From IMG/VR virus record IMGVR_UViG_2061766007_000015, positions 9,636 to 73,635 of that record: a stretch of 64,000 bases of DNA. One strand, given 5' to 3'. Below the pieces are notes generated by a model, which did no database searches, was not told where the DNA came from, and worked only from the letters and a program-made list of their open reading frames with translations. Positions 38,978-50,500 of this stretch are shown here, in pieces. This DNA is from a virus (Duplodnaviria > Caudoviricetes). Position 1 is the first letter of the stretch; the number at the start of each line of letters is the position of its first letter. Position numbers and translations under genes: made by a program.

Positions 38978-40233
38978 AGGCTTGCCTCCAAATCTGCAAG
39001 TTCTTTCTGTAAGGTAGCAATCTGCTCTTTCAGATAAGAAATGCGGTTGAGTACATCCTCGTTGGCCGAGGGTTTGTTATTCTTTAACTTTAAGCCCCAT
39101 AAATTAACGATAAATTCACAATGAGCCTTAGCGCACTGATGAGCAAATTCATCTGTAATGATAATTGGCTCATCTACGGTTGAATCCATAAATCCATGCT
39201 CGATTAAAAGCGCATCTGCCTTAGGCATCCTTACTTCGTATAACTCAGTTGTAGGTATAATCTTACGAGACCTATCACCTACAAGTCCTGTATACTTAAT
39301 AAGCGTGTTATATAACTCTGTAGCCTGCTTTTCGTTTCTTGCCAACGGGTAGTGGAATACTACAATACCACCACCATTGAAGATACGACCTGCCGCATTG
39401 TGATGAAATGCCAAATACATATCTGCTTTAAGTTTGTCAGACTCTTTGGCTCTTGTTGCAAGAGGTACATCAGTTCTACCTGTTGTGTCATCAAGTCTGA
39501 TAACCTTAATGCCATCATATTTTTCTAATTCCACTTGGGTGTAACAAGCAATACGCTGGTTTAAATCCCATTCACGAATGTCATTAGGATTAAGTTCAAG
39601 AGGTATTCTCTTACCTGCTGTATTATGACCATGTCCTGCTGAAATCACAAGAATCTTCTCGGGAGTAGTTTGAGTGCTCTCGGAAGCGGCAAAATACTTA
39701 TCATAGAAGTGTCTAGCGTAATCCGCTCTCAACTTCTGCTTTGCAGGGTCGTCCTTTTTAGCAGGTCTCTCAAACTTCACCATGATAAGTATTGCGGCTT
39801 CCTCAGGAGTTTTACATGCCATTAATTCATTCATCAATGACTTACTGCTCGATAATTCTTCCCAAAACCAATCCATCTGAGTGCGAAAATCTGCAATAGA
39901 TACGGCACGTGCTTTAGCAAGATTATACAGTCCTTCTTTTCTACCAGCAGAGGTCCACTGACACAGACCAAAACCTATAGAGTCATGTACAAAGTCTTTG
40001 CCATTATCAGGTCGTTTCCAAGTGCCAGCATCTACCTGACGAACATATTCCGCATCAGTTGTTTTCAATGTCGCCATTGGACCGTTCTGTGCGTTGCCTG
40101 GGTCAAGTGCAGATTCCGCAAGTTTGTTGGCTAAATCACCAGAGATGATGATACCGTTGAGACCTTTGCTGGTTTCATATGCAATTATGTCCTTAGCAAC
40201 TTTCTCATTGTATGCAATCATCTCATATCCCAT
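38974..40233 (-). CDS. Two-catalytic-domain endolysin: phage tail lysozyme-like plus Amidase_3
   Basis: GFGLCQWT...FERP; ISAGHG, EWDLN, FHHNA, LIEHGFMDS. Confidence 0.85.
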   Translation of the reverse strand: MGYEMIAYNEKVAKDIIAYETSKGLNGIIISGDLANKLAESALDPGNAQNGPMATLKTTDAEYVRQVDAGTWKRPDNGKDFVHDSIGFGLCQWTSAGRKEGLYNLAKARAVSIADFRTQMDWFWEELSSSKSLMNELMACKTPEEAAILIMVKFERPAKKDDPAKQKLRADYARHFYDKYFAASESTQTTPEKILVISAGHGHNTAGKRIPLELNPNDIREWDLNQRIACYTQVELEKYDGIKVIRLDDTTGRTDVPLATRAKESDKLKADMYLAFHHNAAGRIFNGGGIVVFHYPLARNEKQATELYNTLIKYTGLVGDRSRKIIPTTELYEVRMPKADALLIEHGFMDSTVDEPIIITDEFAHQCAKAHCEFIVNLWGLKLKNNKPSANEDVLNRISYLKEQIATLQKELADLEASL

Positions 40234-40439
40234 CCATCTTCTGCAACTTTTTCATTGGTACTGTCAGCAAGACCTTCGCCAATAATGTACGCAACTACTG
40301 CCGCGCCCTGCATGATAAGACCAGCGACTACCTGCGCTTCTTTATCATGACCAGTAGCAGTAATAACACCTGAAACAAAAAGTGCTACTGCCATCCAAAA
40401 TTTTCTTGAAGTAAGTTTTCTTTTCCAATCAATCTTCAT
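40218..40439 (-). CDS. Holin
   Basis: KRKLTSRKFWMAVA, two TM helices, upstream of the lysin. Confidence 0.8.
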   Translation of the reverse strand: MKIDWKRKLTSRKFWMAVALFVSGVITATGHDKEAQVVAGLIMQGAAVVAYIIGEGLADSTNEKVAEDGWDMR

Positions 40440-40578
40440 GTTATTTACCTCCTTACTTTAATTAAATATTAACACATATTTGCCAAATTGTACAGTGTTT
40501 TTGCGAAATTAGTGGTATGATTTCTCATTAAGGGGGTAGGGTTCTCAACTCTACCCCTTTATTTTACCGAGTACAGAT

Positions 40579-42936
40579 TTAGGTGTTAACGTAGCCTATC
40601 TGTATTCTTGCCTTAATTGTACAAGGGAATGTAGCGGTAGAACTCGAACTTGACTTGCAAGCCACCGAAACAAGAGGGTGTCCACTCGATGTTTCCATGT
40701 CTGCGTTGTTGTCAGTTTTAAGTGCCGTCCACGAGCCCGATGTATAACTGTAATATGGCTGTGCTTGCTTGTAGAATTTGCTAGATTCATTACCTACACC
40801 AATTCCGAAGCCGACTTTGCCCGAGTAACTTAATCCCGTATCAGAAAGAAGTCTTACAAATAATGGTTTGCCTTGTGCGGTTGCGTTTGTCTCTACCGTA
40901 GCATTTGCTCCGCTTATTGTTATTCCGCTTAACATTGTAGTAATGCTATCACCGCTCATGCTACTGCCCTTAGATGCAATTGAACCATCCCACTCAGCAT
41001 CGAAGATTACTGTATAACCACCCGTATCGGATGATACTGTGATTCCTACCGTTGCCGTAGCGGTAACTCCGTTTTCGATGTAAGTCACAACTATCGGATA
41101 TGCACCCGCAGTAGTCATGTCAACTTGCGATGTATCAAATTCCAAATCGCCGTTGGCTATGTTCGCCGTGGTATTGTCCGAATAAGTAGCCACTCCCGTG
41201 ATATCCGAAGTTGATAAGGACTCATTGACTGTATATGCCGTGGTCACTTTTGAAGCGGTGAGTGAAGCAAGTGTCTTAGTCTGCGGTCTTACGCTTGATG
41301 TAACTTGAACGCTTGTAGTTTCCGTGTCTTCGCCATAAGTGTACGAAATACCGATTGAGTAAGCACCCGCCGTTGTAAGGTCAACATTGGATGTATTGAA
41401 CACCACATCGTTATTGTTAACCACGCTTGTAGTGTTGTCGCTCCATGTTGCGGTTACTGTAATATCTGCGGTACTCAATGTCTCATCAGTATAGTAACTT
41501 GTCTTGCCCTTAGTTGCGGATATGCTTACCAAAGTCTTACCGCTTGCCGGAATCGTTACGGGCGTTGTGTCGATAATGTACTCGCAACTGCCGTAGAACT
41601 TTTCATCGACAAAATTACGGCTTCTTAAACGAATGTGATTCTCGTAGACTTCGCACAATGTACCCTCGGACTCAGCATAGATTAAACCTGTGGCTGACCC
41701 ATCGATAATATCTCTCGGAACTACCAAAGACGATAAGTGAACAAACCTCGCACCGCCTTTGTATTGGAAGATGTTAAGATGCTTCCATACACTCTGATAC
41801 TGATACTTAATGTGTGAATGTCCACTTAACCAAATGACATTTTTGTAATGGTCAAGAAGATTCAAAAATCTCGTTCTGTCGCTCTTTGATGTACCCCAAA
41901 GGTCAAGCGTGTATGCTCCGTTGCCATTGCCAAAGCCTTGGTAATTGCCGTTTTGCTTCATGTCTGCCAAACTCCATAAAGGGGGAATGTGCATTGACAA
42001 GAACACACGCTGATTGCGGTAAAGCTCTAACTTCTCCTCAAGCCAATCAAGGGAAGCCGATGTAAGCATTGTGTTACCGCTTCCGTGAGTAGTACCCTCA
42101 AACACCGACATGTAGATGTAAATGTCTCCGCCGATTTCCTTGAGGAAGTAATTCTCAGTTTCGTTTGTCCAATCGGTATCAAGGTACTTTCTTAATCCCG
42201 TAGGATTTTTTGTCATTATTGCGTTTGCAGAACCCGCTTCATGGTTACCACCGCCCGTATGGAACGGCACATCGCCTCTATATGTATCTCTGAGCGTTAA
42301 CCATGCATCTAATTCCGATGTGTAGCCGTTAGCGGTCAAATCACCCGCTCCGACAAAAGCAACTACCTTTTCGTTGTCTCTGCCGTATGTGAGCATTCTC
42401 TGAATATCATCAGATGCGGTTTCATACCCATAGTGCCAATCGGACACCCATAATGTGCCGTATTCACGCTCTCCGTAATATTCATCGTCCCACAATTTAT
42501 CCGCCGGAATATTGAACGATGTAACAATCGTGCCGTTCTGAACAGCACAAAGCCTTGTAGCGTACTTGGGAATGGCATTATATTCCATTAATTCAATGCT
42601 ACCCATTGTCTTATTGTTGGCTACGTCAAGAGTAAGCGTGTCAAGCTTGGAATAATTACTCATTACTCCGTTGGCATCGCCCCACATAATATCGTAGTCA
42701 CCGCTATACTCAGCTTCCTTGGCTGATAAGACTATCTCGCCATATGCGATTGACGGGGTATTATTCTTAAAGGACATCGATAGCTTTATGGGAGACGAAT
42801 CTCCGCTTATGCTTTCAACCTCGCTCGGAAAGTCTGACGGGTCGATTAAGGACGATGTACCCTTTTTTGCTCTAATTGCATCGGCGGTGTCACAAAGTAA
42901 GCCGTAGGATATAGTCAACTTGTCATTTCTGTTCAT
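40579..42936 (-). CDS. Calcineurin-like metallophosphoesterase with two bacterial Ig-like domains
   Basis: SDWHYG, GAGDL, GNHE, MHIP, GHSH; two repeats SISATK..T.Y...E.LST.DIT..ATxSDN. Confidence 0.8.
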   Translation of the reverse strand: MNRNDKLTISYGLLCDTADAIRAKKGTSSLIDPSDFPSEVESISGDSSPIKLSMSFKNNTPSIAYGEIVLSAKEAEYSGDYDIMWGDANGVMSNYSKLDTLTLDVANNKTMGSIELMEYNAIPKYATRLCAVQNGTIVTSFNIPADKLWDDEYYGEREYGTLWVSDWHYGYETASDDIQRMLTYGRDNEKVVAFVGAGDLTANGYTSELDAWLTLRDTYRGDVPFHTGGGNHEAGSANAIMTKNPTGLRKYLDTDWTNETENYFLKEIGGDIYIYMSVFEGTTHGSGNTMLTSASLDWLEEKLELYRNQRVFLSMHIPPLWSLADMKQNGNYQGFGNGNGAYTLDLWGTSKSDRTRFLNLLDHYKNVIWLSGHSHIKYQYQSVWKHLNIFQYKGGARFVHLSSLVVPRDIIDGSATGLIYAESEGTLCEVYENHIRLRSRNFVDEKFYGSCEYIIDTTPVTIPASGKTLVSISATKGKTSYYTDETLSTADITVTATWSDNTTSVVNNNDVVFNTSNVDLTTAGAYSIGISYTYGEDTETTSVQVTSSVRPQTKTLASLTASKVTTAYTVNESLSTSDITGVATYSDNTTANIANGDLEFDTSQVDMTTAGAYPIVVTYIENGVTATATVGITVSSDTGGYTVIFDAEWDGSIASKGSSMSGDSITTMLSGITISGANATVETNATAQGKPLFVRLLSDTGLSYSGKVGFGIGVGNESSKFYKQAQPYYSYTSGSWTALKTDNNADMETSSGHPLVSVACKSSSSSTATFPCTIKARIQIGYVNT

Positions 42937-42939
42937 AGG

Positions 42940-43284
42940 CTACACCTCTAATCCTTCTGCGGTAGGCAACTCTGCTATAACAAGGTCCGCAATGTCGGCC
43001 TTATCCTGTGCGGTGAGCACATAGTCATCGCCGGGGTCACCCTTTGCGCCTGGGTCGCCTTTTGCGCCGTCTTTACCATCTTTAACAACATACGAAGAGG
43101 TTTGAGTTTCATCGTTATCATTCTTCCATGTATAAGTATTACGATGACCATCAGACGTTTCCGTAGCACTAAACTGACAGTTTGCTCCCTTTAATCCACC
43201 GAACTGATTGGCTGTATCGTCTGTATACTGATTACTTAATATGTAAGCATCTACTGCTTTCATTACACACCTCCTTATACCCAC
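42940..43284 (-). CDS. Tail-associated protein with short collagen-like repeat
   Basis: GKDGAKGDPGAKGDPGDDYVLT. Confidence 0.6.
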   Translation of the reverse strand: MGIRRCVMKAVDAYILSNQYTDDTANQFGGLKGANCQFSATETSDGHRNTYTWKNDNDETQTSSYVVKDGKDGAKGDPGAKGDPGDDYVLTAQDKADIADLVIAELPTAEGLEV

Positions 43285-43467
43285 TGAGTGCCGTTAAACA
43301 TTAATCCAGAGTGAGTATCAGTATTGATGCCCGTTTCGCCCTCTTTAGGCACGTATTTGTTTCCATCAATAATGATTTCATCTGTTGGTAATGTCTCACC
43401 ATTGTGGTAATACCAAGTTTTTGATTTACCGTCTACTTCTACTCTCATCTTTATCCTCCTTATTCGA

Positions 43468-44205
43468 TTACTCCCATGCTATGGGATTGCTTAATACAAG
43501 TGATGCTACGTAACATCTTAGTTCTTGTGTGTTACGCGCCGAACCCTCATTAGCCGTGTGTCCAATCGTCCTCAATGTATGAGTGCCATTTGCTATATTT
43601 GTAAATGTCCTTGAACTGTTTTTGGCAACATCGTTACCATCAAATTGACCGTATCCATAAGGCTGGTCATTATCCTCTTGCCCTGAATATATGTTGCTTT
43701 GATGTACGGTAACTACGTTGTTTTGGTACTCTCTCATATTTAATGTAAATGATGTAGACGAGTCCAAACTCTGACCACCCACATAATATGGAGTCTCTGC
43801 GTGTGAAGTGTATGTGCTTCCACTTATATATCTCGAATTGCTTACCACGTTAAGACTATTAGGTAAATACAGCGCATACAAATTCATTTCTTCTCCAGTA
43901 GCAACCAGCGAAGTAACCTGCTTGTTTAAGTTATTGGGTTCTGTTGACCATCCTATTAATGTGTAATTACTCTTAGTTGTAGTAATTGACGGATGTAATA
44001 CATCCTCACCTTCATCAACTTCCTCTGTACCTAATAAAGTTGTATTATCATAATAGTGTACGACACTGGCACCGCTCCACACATGAATGTATACACCATT
44101 CTTGTACACCCAGCCGTTACGCATCCTGTGGTGACTACCATTTTTGAAAAATGACATATGCTTTATTTTATCTTTGTCAATGCTGAAATATCCATGTGCG
44201 CTCAT
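43468..44205 (-). CDS. Tail fibre/receptor-binding candidate with an InlB B-repeat-like domain
   Basis: VHYYD...EEVDEG...KSNYTLIGWS...NLYALY. Confidence 0.55.
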   Translation of the reverse strand: MSAHGYFSIDKDKIKHMSFFKNGSHHRMRNGWVYKNGVYIHVWSGASVVHYYDNTTLLGTEEVDEGEDVLHPSITTTKSNYTLIGWSTEPNNLNKQVTSLVATGEEMNLYALYLPNSLNVVSNSRYISGSTYTSHAETPYYVGGQSLDSSTSFTLNMREYQNNVVTVHQSNIYSGQEDNDQPYGYGQFDGNDVAKNSSRTFTNIANGTHTLRTIGHTANEGSARNTQELRCYVASLVLSNPIAWE

Positions 44206-44214
44206 ACTTATCTC

Positions 44215-45139
44215 CTAGAATGTCGTTAGATACAATCTGTCCTCTACGCCAATCGTTGGTAATGGGCCTGAAGTTAGTATCTGAATTGACTTAACATCTA
44301 AGGTTAATCCATTAACCAATGCATTAGATTCATTGAGTTGTGCCGCAGATATAACATCACCCTCTTGCTCATACTCAGTAATTTCTTCAAGGTACACATC
44401 GGCTTCCACAATCTGATTGTCTGATGTACGCCTAACATTGTATCTACGTACAGTATTCACTGTTTCATCCAAAATATCATTTTTCAAATTCGTAGGTAAA
44501 CTCATGTTTTAACTCCTTTCGTATTACCCAGTGTAACAGGTAATCTGTTAAGTATGCTTATGTTAGTATCCAATTTCTCCTTTATCTGTTTCAAAAGTGA
44601 TTCAATCCCATTAAAATATGTGCCTGTAGGAGTACTGCCATTTGCAACAAACGTAGGAAATTCTGAAACTGGAAGTTTAAATGTAGCATCATTTAATGCT
44701 AACGTGTTCTGAGTAATCTTATTAAAATCACTGGCATAAATATCGTCAGTATAGCTTAAATTCAACCTCATACTCGCATAGTTAGGAGGATTGAACATAA
44801 GACTGCTGTGGTCTTTTAAAAACAAAAGATTATCTTGGATTCTATTTACATCAGTTTTATCCCAACGAGTATTTTCTGTCCAGTCTGTTTTGGGTGTAAT
44901 CCAACTCATAATTATCCCTCTTCTGGTTCACCAAAAATTTCAATATACTTGGCTATATCGTAAGTACCTAATAGATTTTTGATATAACTCTCAGTAACAG
45001 TTTCTATGGCATTGTTACTAAAATATGCAAAAAATCGTTTATTAGGTGTCATATAGTATAACCGCATTTTTGCTAAATCTTGATATATAAGTTCTGCTGT
45101 ATCAGTATCATATATATAACCATCAATTATTCTCTGCAT
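44215..45139 (-). CDS. Three small tail-region proteins (44215-44505, 44502-44909, 44912-45139)
   Basis: Position; MSWITPKTDW N-terminus typical of distal tail proteins. Confidence 0.5.
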
Positions 45140-47169
45140 TATTCCTCCTCGTTGGTATATCCAACTCGATGTAATTCTAACTTACCTGAAAACGCACCGT
45201 TAAACGAGAATATAGTTTTTTCCACATTTACGTTTATATCTTTAAACGGATTGGTCATTCTGATAATATCACCTGCTCGTAACGATGGCTCACCTCTAAA
45301 TGAAGCTGAGTAATCCACATTGGTTTTATAATACTGGGCTAACCAATCTGCTACTGCTTGAGCCTGTGCTGAATTACTTATTAACTGATTTTCACAAGTC
45401 TTATCTATACCAGTTAGTGCTAACACCTTAGTCTCGTATGCCTCATCCTCAACCTCACGAGGTTTTTGGTCTTCGTCATTTTCAAATGTATATACTTTAA
45501 CTCGGATATTTCGTACCCGTTCGTCTATATATACCTGTGTGTTATCTGTTAATAACTCATCAGAAAGTACATAACCTGATGTGTTATCAAAACTAACCTT
45601 AGTCACATAGCATCTAGCATTAGGTTCGGTTTCCAATAATTCAATAAATATATCATCGAACGGGTCGTAATTTTCCAATATAAATATATTATCTTCTTGT
45701 ATATTGGTAAACTCTTGACTTCCTACTAAATGACCACCATCCGATTCATAAGCAGAAATTCTTAATCTATGAGGCGGTACTCCTGCAAACGACATATAGA
45801 CCGCATGGAAATTAAAGTGTGCAGGAAATATAAAATCGAGTAACCACTCATCTTCCATCGTTCCGTCATTATATGCTATATCACCTGTAACCATACCAGT
45901 ATTCTTTACATATTGCGAAGGAGTCTCAGGTAAAAATATCTGGTGACCATCACTAATATTCATGCCTGCACTTAAGTCACTATATTCGTTATAAGCACCC
46001 GACACAATACTTTTATAATCTGACCAGTGTGTCATATAAACCGGACTTATTAGAATGTCAGTAGGCGCCACACTGTTAGCAAAATTTGCCACTATTTGCA
46101 GTATTCCATTTTCATCTTCAAAAAAGATACATCTTGTAGCATTACATACTAATTGAATGGCTTCTCTGTGTAAACACTCAGGCACTGGATTAACTAAAAT
46201 TATGCTTTCCAAATAATCGTCAATCTCATATTCATCTCGCTCAAAACCGGCATCCTGTAAAATTGCCTCGAGTTCCTCATAGGCGGTCCTTGTATGAATT
46301 GTATTACCTAAACTGTAGTTATTTTTTAATTGAGACAATCGGTCGGTTGCAATCAAGGTTAATACATTTTTCTTTAAATTCCATGATTGTAAATATACTG
46401 AACCAAGTTTTACCCATTCGATGGAAGAATCGTCTAATTCTAAGCCTACAGACAAGTCAACTTTTTGCATAGGTTCCAGAAACTGCATAAAACTTGCTGG
46501 ATTATCTATATCGAACTGATGCTGTGTATCATACACGTTTATGGTGTGTTTTTGATAACTTACATTCTTTGCAATTGCCGAAACATAAGTCTCACTTGTT
46601 ATACTCTGAACAGTAGAATCATCAAAATACAAACCAACGCCCATCTTCATTTCGCGTATCTTTAAACGCTGATTTGTATATAGCATGGTAGTAGGTATGA
46701 TTATCATGTATGTAATATTTGATAAAATAATCGAGGTGTTTACATACAAAGATTTATCGTTGGTTAAAATATAACTATTGTTATTGGTCTGTATTGTGAA
46801 TTGTGTAGGATAATTGGTACCAAAGTCAATAGTCAATCCTTTGATAGTATACGCTTGGTTAAAATTGATTCTTATTGGGTCTCCTATATTTACAGCACTA
46901 ATGCCATTATCTTTATATTGCTGTGTTTCTGGCATAAACACCATTGAACCATCACACGGCACAGATTTTTCTTCTAGTGTGGCATATTCTACCTTCTCGG
47001 TATTCTTTGGTTTGAATATACTACCAGCACTCCACTGAGCCACTGCACTTGTAACTTTGGCTCCCTCTTGTGCAAGTGAATTAACAACACCCAATGAGAC
47101 AGAGACATAACCGCGGTTACGCAATTTCTGTGCCATTATTCTTTTGTATGCAGAACTTGTATGAACCAT
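45139..47169 (-). CDS. Baseplate hub/tail-associated protein
   Basis: Position after the distal tail gene; FRGEPSLRAGDII C-terminal motif. Confidence 0.65.
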   Translation of the reverse strand: MVHTSSAYKRIMAQKLRNRGYVSVSLGVVNSLAQEGAKVTSAVAQWSAGSIFKPKNTEKVEYATLEEKSVPCDGSMVFMPETQQYKDNGISAVNIGDPIRINFNQAYTIKGLTIDFGTNYPTQFTIQTNNNSYILTNDKSLYVNTSIILSNITYMIIIPTTMLYTNQRLKIREMKMGVGLYFDDSTVQSITSETYVSAIAKNVSYQKHTINVYDTQHQFDIDNPASFMQFLEPMQKVDLSVGLELDDSSIEWVKLGSVYLQSWNLKKNVLTLIATDRLSQLKNNYSLGNTIHTRTAYEELEAILQDAGFERDEYEIDDYLESIILVNPVPECLHREAIQLVCNATRCIFFEDENGILQIVANFANSVAPTDILISPVYMTHWSDYKSIVSGAYNEYSDLSAGMNISDGHQIFLPETPSQYVKNTGMVTGDIAYNDGTMEDEWLLDFIFPAHFNFHAVYMSFAGVPPHRLRISAYESDGGHLVGSQEFTNIQEDNIFILENYDPFDDIFIELLETEPNARCYVTKVSFDNTSGYVLSDELLTDNTQVYIDERVRNIRVKVYTFENDEDQKPREVEDEAYETKVLALTGIDKTCENQLISNSAQAQAVADWLAQYYKTNVDYSASFRGEPSLRAGDIIRMTNPFKDINVNVEKTIFSFNGAFSGKLELHRVGYTNEEE

Positions 47170-47202
47170 GTTATGCCTCTCTTTAAACTCATTGTAACAT
47201 AT

Positions 47203-47580
47203 TTACCAACCGCAGTCAATTAAATTGAATTTGGTCTCTTTGAATCTAGTGTAGTTTAAACCCTCTACATGACTAGGTTGAGCGGTCTTATCGCCAGGAT
47301 ACATATACACTGTAACTCTCTCATTAGTGTCTGTTGTGAATGTAACTGGTACGAAGAATGGTTTAAGTGCTTGTCTCATTTCTTTCCAACTCTGAACGTC
47401 TAGGTTACTCCACTGTAAATTCTCTATTTTCCACAGAGGTCTTCCTATTACCTGACCAACAACGCCTCCGCTGGTATTTCTACCAGCGTTAACGTTTATG
47501 GAATCTCTGATTATGTAACCGACATCTGGTGAAGGAAATGCTACACCATTTACTATAATTAATTCATCAGGATTGCGCAT
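47203..47580 (-). CDS. Distal tail protein-like
   Basis: Directly after the tape measure; AGRNTSG, MYPGD. Confidence 0.6.
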   Translation of the reverse strand: MRNPDELIIVNGVAFPSPDVGYIIRDSINVNAGRNTSGGVVGQVIGRPLWKIENLQWSNLDVQSWKEMRQALKPFFVPVTFTTDTNERVTVYMYPGDKTAQPSHVEGLNYTRFKETKFNLIDCGW

Positions 47581-47592
47581 ATTTTTCCTCCT

Positions 47593-50500
47593 TTATCGTA
47601 TGAGTGGCAAGCCTAACTGACTTGAACCTCTTGCACTTGCCATTGCTATCTCTCTGTCACCTATATAAGTACCGTAGTCCTTCTCTGTGAGTATCTGAGT
47701 ATTATCTGCAATCTGTCTGAGATAAGGCTCTAAGACAGTTGCAACGGCTTCCTGTATTGTGCTTAAAGGTGCCTCGATATTAGTTCCCTGCTTCTGGTCA
47801 CCTAATACTGCTAAGAACTGATTGTTAGGAGGTATTACAGCGCCTTGTGCAAGATAAGGAATCTTAGGAGCAGACCAACGAGTTAAGTTCATTGCAACTT
47901 TGCCACCACCCAATACATCAGGTACATCAAAATTAAAAGTATTGAAGGCATCTGCAACTGAATTTTGCATTGTCTGAACTGCTTCAACGAATCTATTCAG
48001 ATAGGTTATCATAGTATTTATAGGCGCTTTAACTGCTACTGTTAATTTTTGCCAAATGCTTGTGAACTGTCCTATGAAGCCTGAATTGAACGGTAACAAG
48101 AACCCATCGATAACATGTTGACCTATCTGTCTGAATACTTTTGAAGGAGAATGGATTTGAAGTCTCTTTTCTACGCTGTCAGTCATTTCTTCAAACTCTT
48201 TTGAAGCCTTATATGGCATATCTACGCTTTGTAAGCCTTCAACAAATCCTTCACCAGCATGTGTACCACTGTCCGCAATCTCATCTACAAGGTCGTACAC
48301 AATATCACCAAATGTCGTTATGATATCATCCTGAGCACCGGCAACCCAAGCACCTACAGAATCTTCAACGATTTTTTCTCCATCAGCCTGTTTAAGGCCA
48401 AATACTGTCTTAAAGTTGTCTACTATGTTATCCACAAAATCTACAACGAAATGTTTACCGCCAGTCGTGGTTTTTTCAGGATTTAGTCCAATCATCTTTT
48501 CTAAAGTAGTACTCATATTTCTATGAAAATCACTTTCAAGATAAAGTTTACCTAATTTACCAAAAATGCTGATAGTCACTGCGGCTAAAATTCCTAAGGC
48601 AATAAGTGCTCCTCCTGTTGCTATACCATGCATAGCGGCTACACCAGCAGATGCCCCGCCTAAAGCAGTTGCGAGTTTGGTAGATAATAGTGCTGATGTA
48701 AAACCTACAATCATCTTACCTAACGTCCACACAATAGGAAGTAAGATAAGTGTAACCTTAGAAGTCGTGCTGAAATTAGTCCATGTATCTTTAAACACCT
48801 GCACTATTCTGCTCCAATTAATTCTGGTTACAGCAGTAATAAGTGCGGTTTCAATACCTTCGATTACAGCATTAATAAAACCTGCTAAATCTTCAGGATT
48901 GATGTTTTCTACAAATCCATTTATGCCTTCCGCAACAAATGTACCAACATCTTCCCAATTTACTGTATTGAAGAAGAGTGTAATACTTCGTATACCAACA
49001 CCAATAAGTTTCGCTATAGTTTCACCGATTGTGTAGCCTAAGTTAATATTTCTGTCAACTGCTCCGTTGATTCCAGTTGCTAATGATAATGCTACTTTGT
49101 TACAAAAATCTTCTATACCCGGCAGATTGTTCTGTACCGTAAGTAATGCGTTCTTAAACTTGGTTGCAAGAATCTGACCGATTTCGGTAAAGTCTGCGTT
49201 TTCCCAGGCTTCTTTGAGTTTTGCGAATATACCCTCACCGACTTCTACTAACTCATAGCCAATATTCTCAGGACTGAACGTACCGCTACCAGAACTCTTA
49301 TTGTCGTTGAGCACGTTTAATTCATCAATACCTAACAGATTATTAACTGCTTTAGCCGCACCGTTTACACTGTCTGCATAATCGACCCAAGCGGACGATG
49401 CTCTGTAAATATAGCCTTGACCTGTAATTGTTGCGAACAATTTACCTACCCATTCCATTGCAGTCTGAGCGGCATGGGCTAATCTGTCAAACGCAGGCAC
49501 AACCCACTTAAGTAGAGGCTGAACCATTGTCGCAAGATTAGCCTTCACAAGATTAAAGTTGGTTACTAATGAGGAAACCTGCTGATTAACTTCTGGTATC
49601 TCTTGCGCCATAATCTTGAAGGCTTCTTTAGTAGCGTTTCTCAATCTACGGAATAAGAAGTACAGAGAACGAACACCAATTCCATACCTCATTATATTAC
49701 GTAAAGCGTTTCTAAAGCCCTTTCTTGTATCTGCAAAAAGACCCTTACTACTCTTATGCAACTTAGAGTGATGTGTGGAAGCATGTCTGATTGCATTTGC
49801 AAAACTACGCATGAGTAATGCGGCCTGTTTGGTATTTTTACCTATATTCTTGGTGTTCTTTTCAATCTTTTCAGTCGGTGCGTTTACAGCCTGCGCTTCT
49901 CTCTCTAACGCAAACATATCCGTAGCTAGTTCTCGTACTCGATTGTCCACTTCCGGTGCAATACCTACATATGCAAATTTACCATCCGTGCGTGCCAAAT
50001 CTTCTTGAGCATTTTTTAAAGCATCAATCTGTTGAATGTTGTTCTTAATAGCCTTATTCTGCTCAAAAATCGCTAAGACTTCCTTTTCAACTAAATCCGT
50101 AGTGGGCTTAAGTCCTTGACTATCTAAATCTATCAATGCTCGCTTGTATGCGTTGATGATATCGACATAAGGTGCTTTTAACTCAGCAATTTTGTTTCTT
50201 GTATTCTCTATTGCCTTACGCCAGCCTTGAATATGGGAATCAAGTTCAACATTGACTGTTTTAAAAGGATTTACTGCATCCTTATTTCCTACATTTGCAA
50301 TTTCCCACTGCCGTGCTTCGTCATTTTTTGCTTTTAACTTAGCCTTGAGAGTATCAATAGCCTTTTCGGTTCTTTCGATATATTTCTGATACTTCTCCTC
50401 CTGTGCAATTACAGCCTCTATTTCCTTGCGGTTCGCTTCATATGTCTCAACTGCCCTTACAGCGTTTACGTTTTGTTTGGACTGAGACTGAGCCTTTTCA

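Noticed and set aside
40579-47169. Diversity-generating retroelement or invertible tail-fibre system
   Set aside because: No reverse transcriptase, invertase or template/variable repeat pair was seen.
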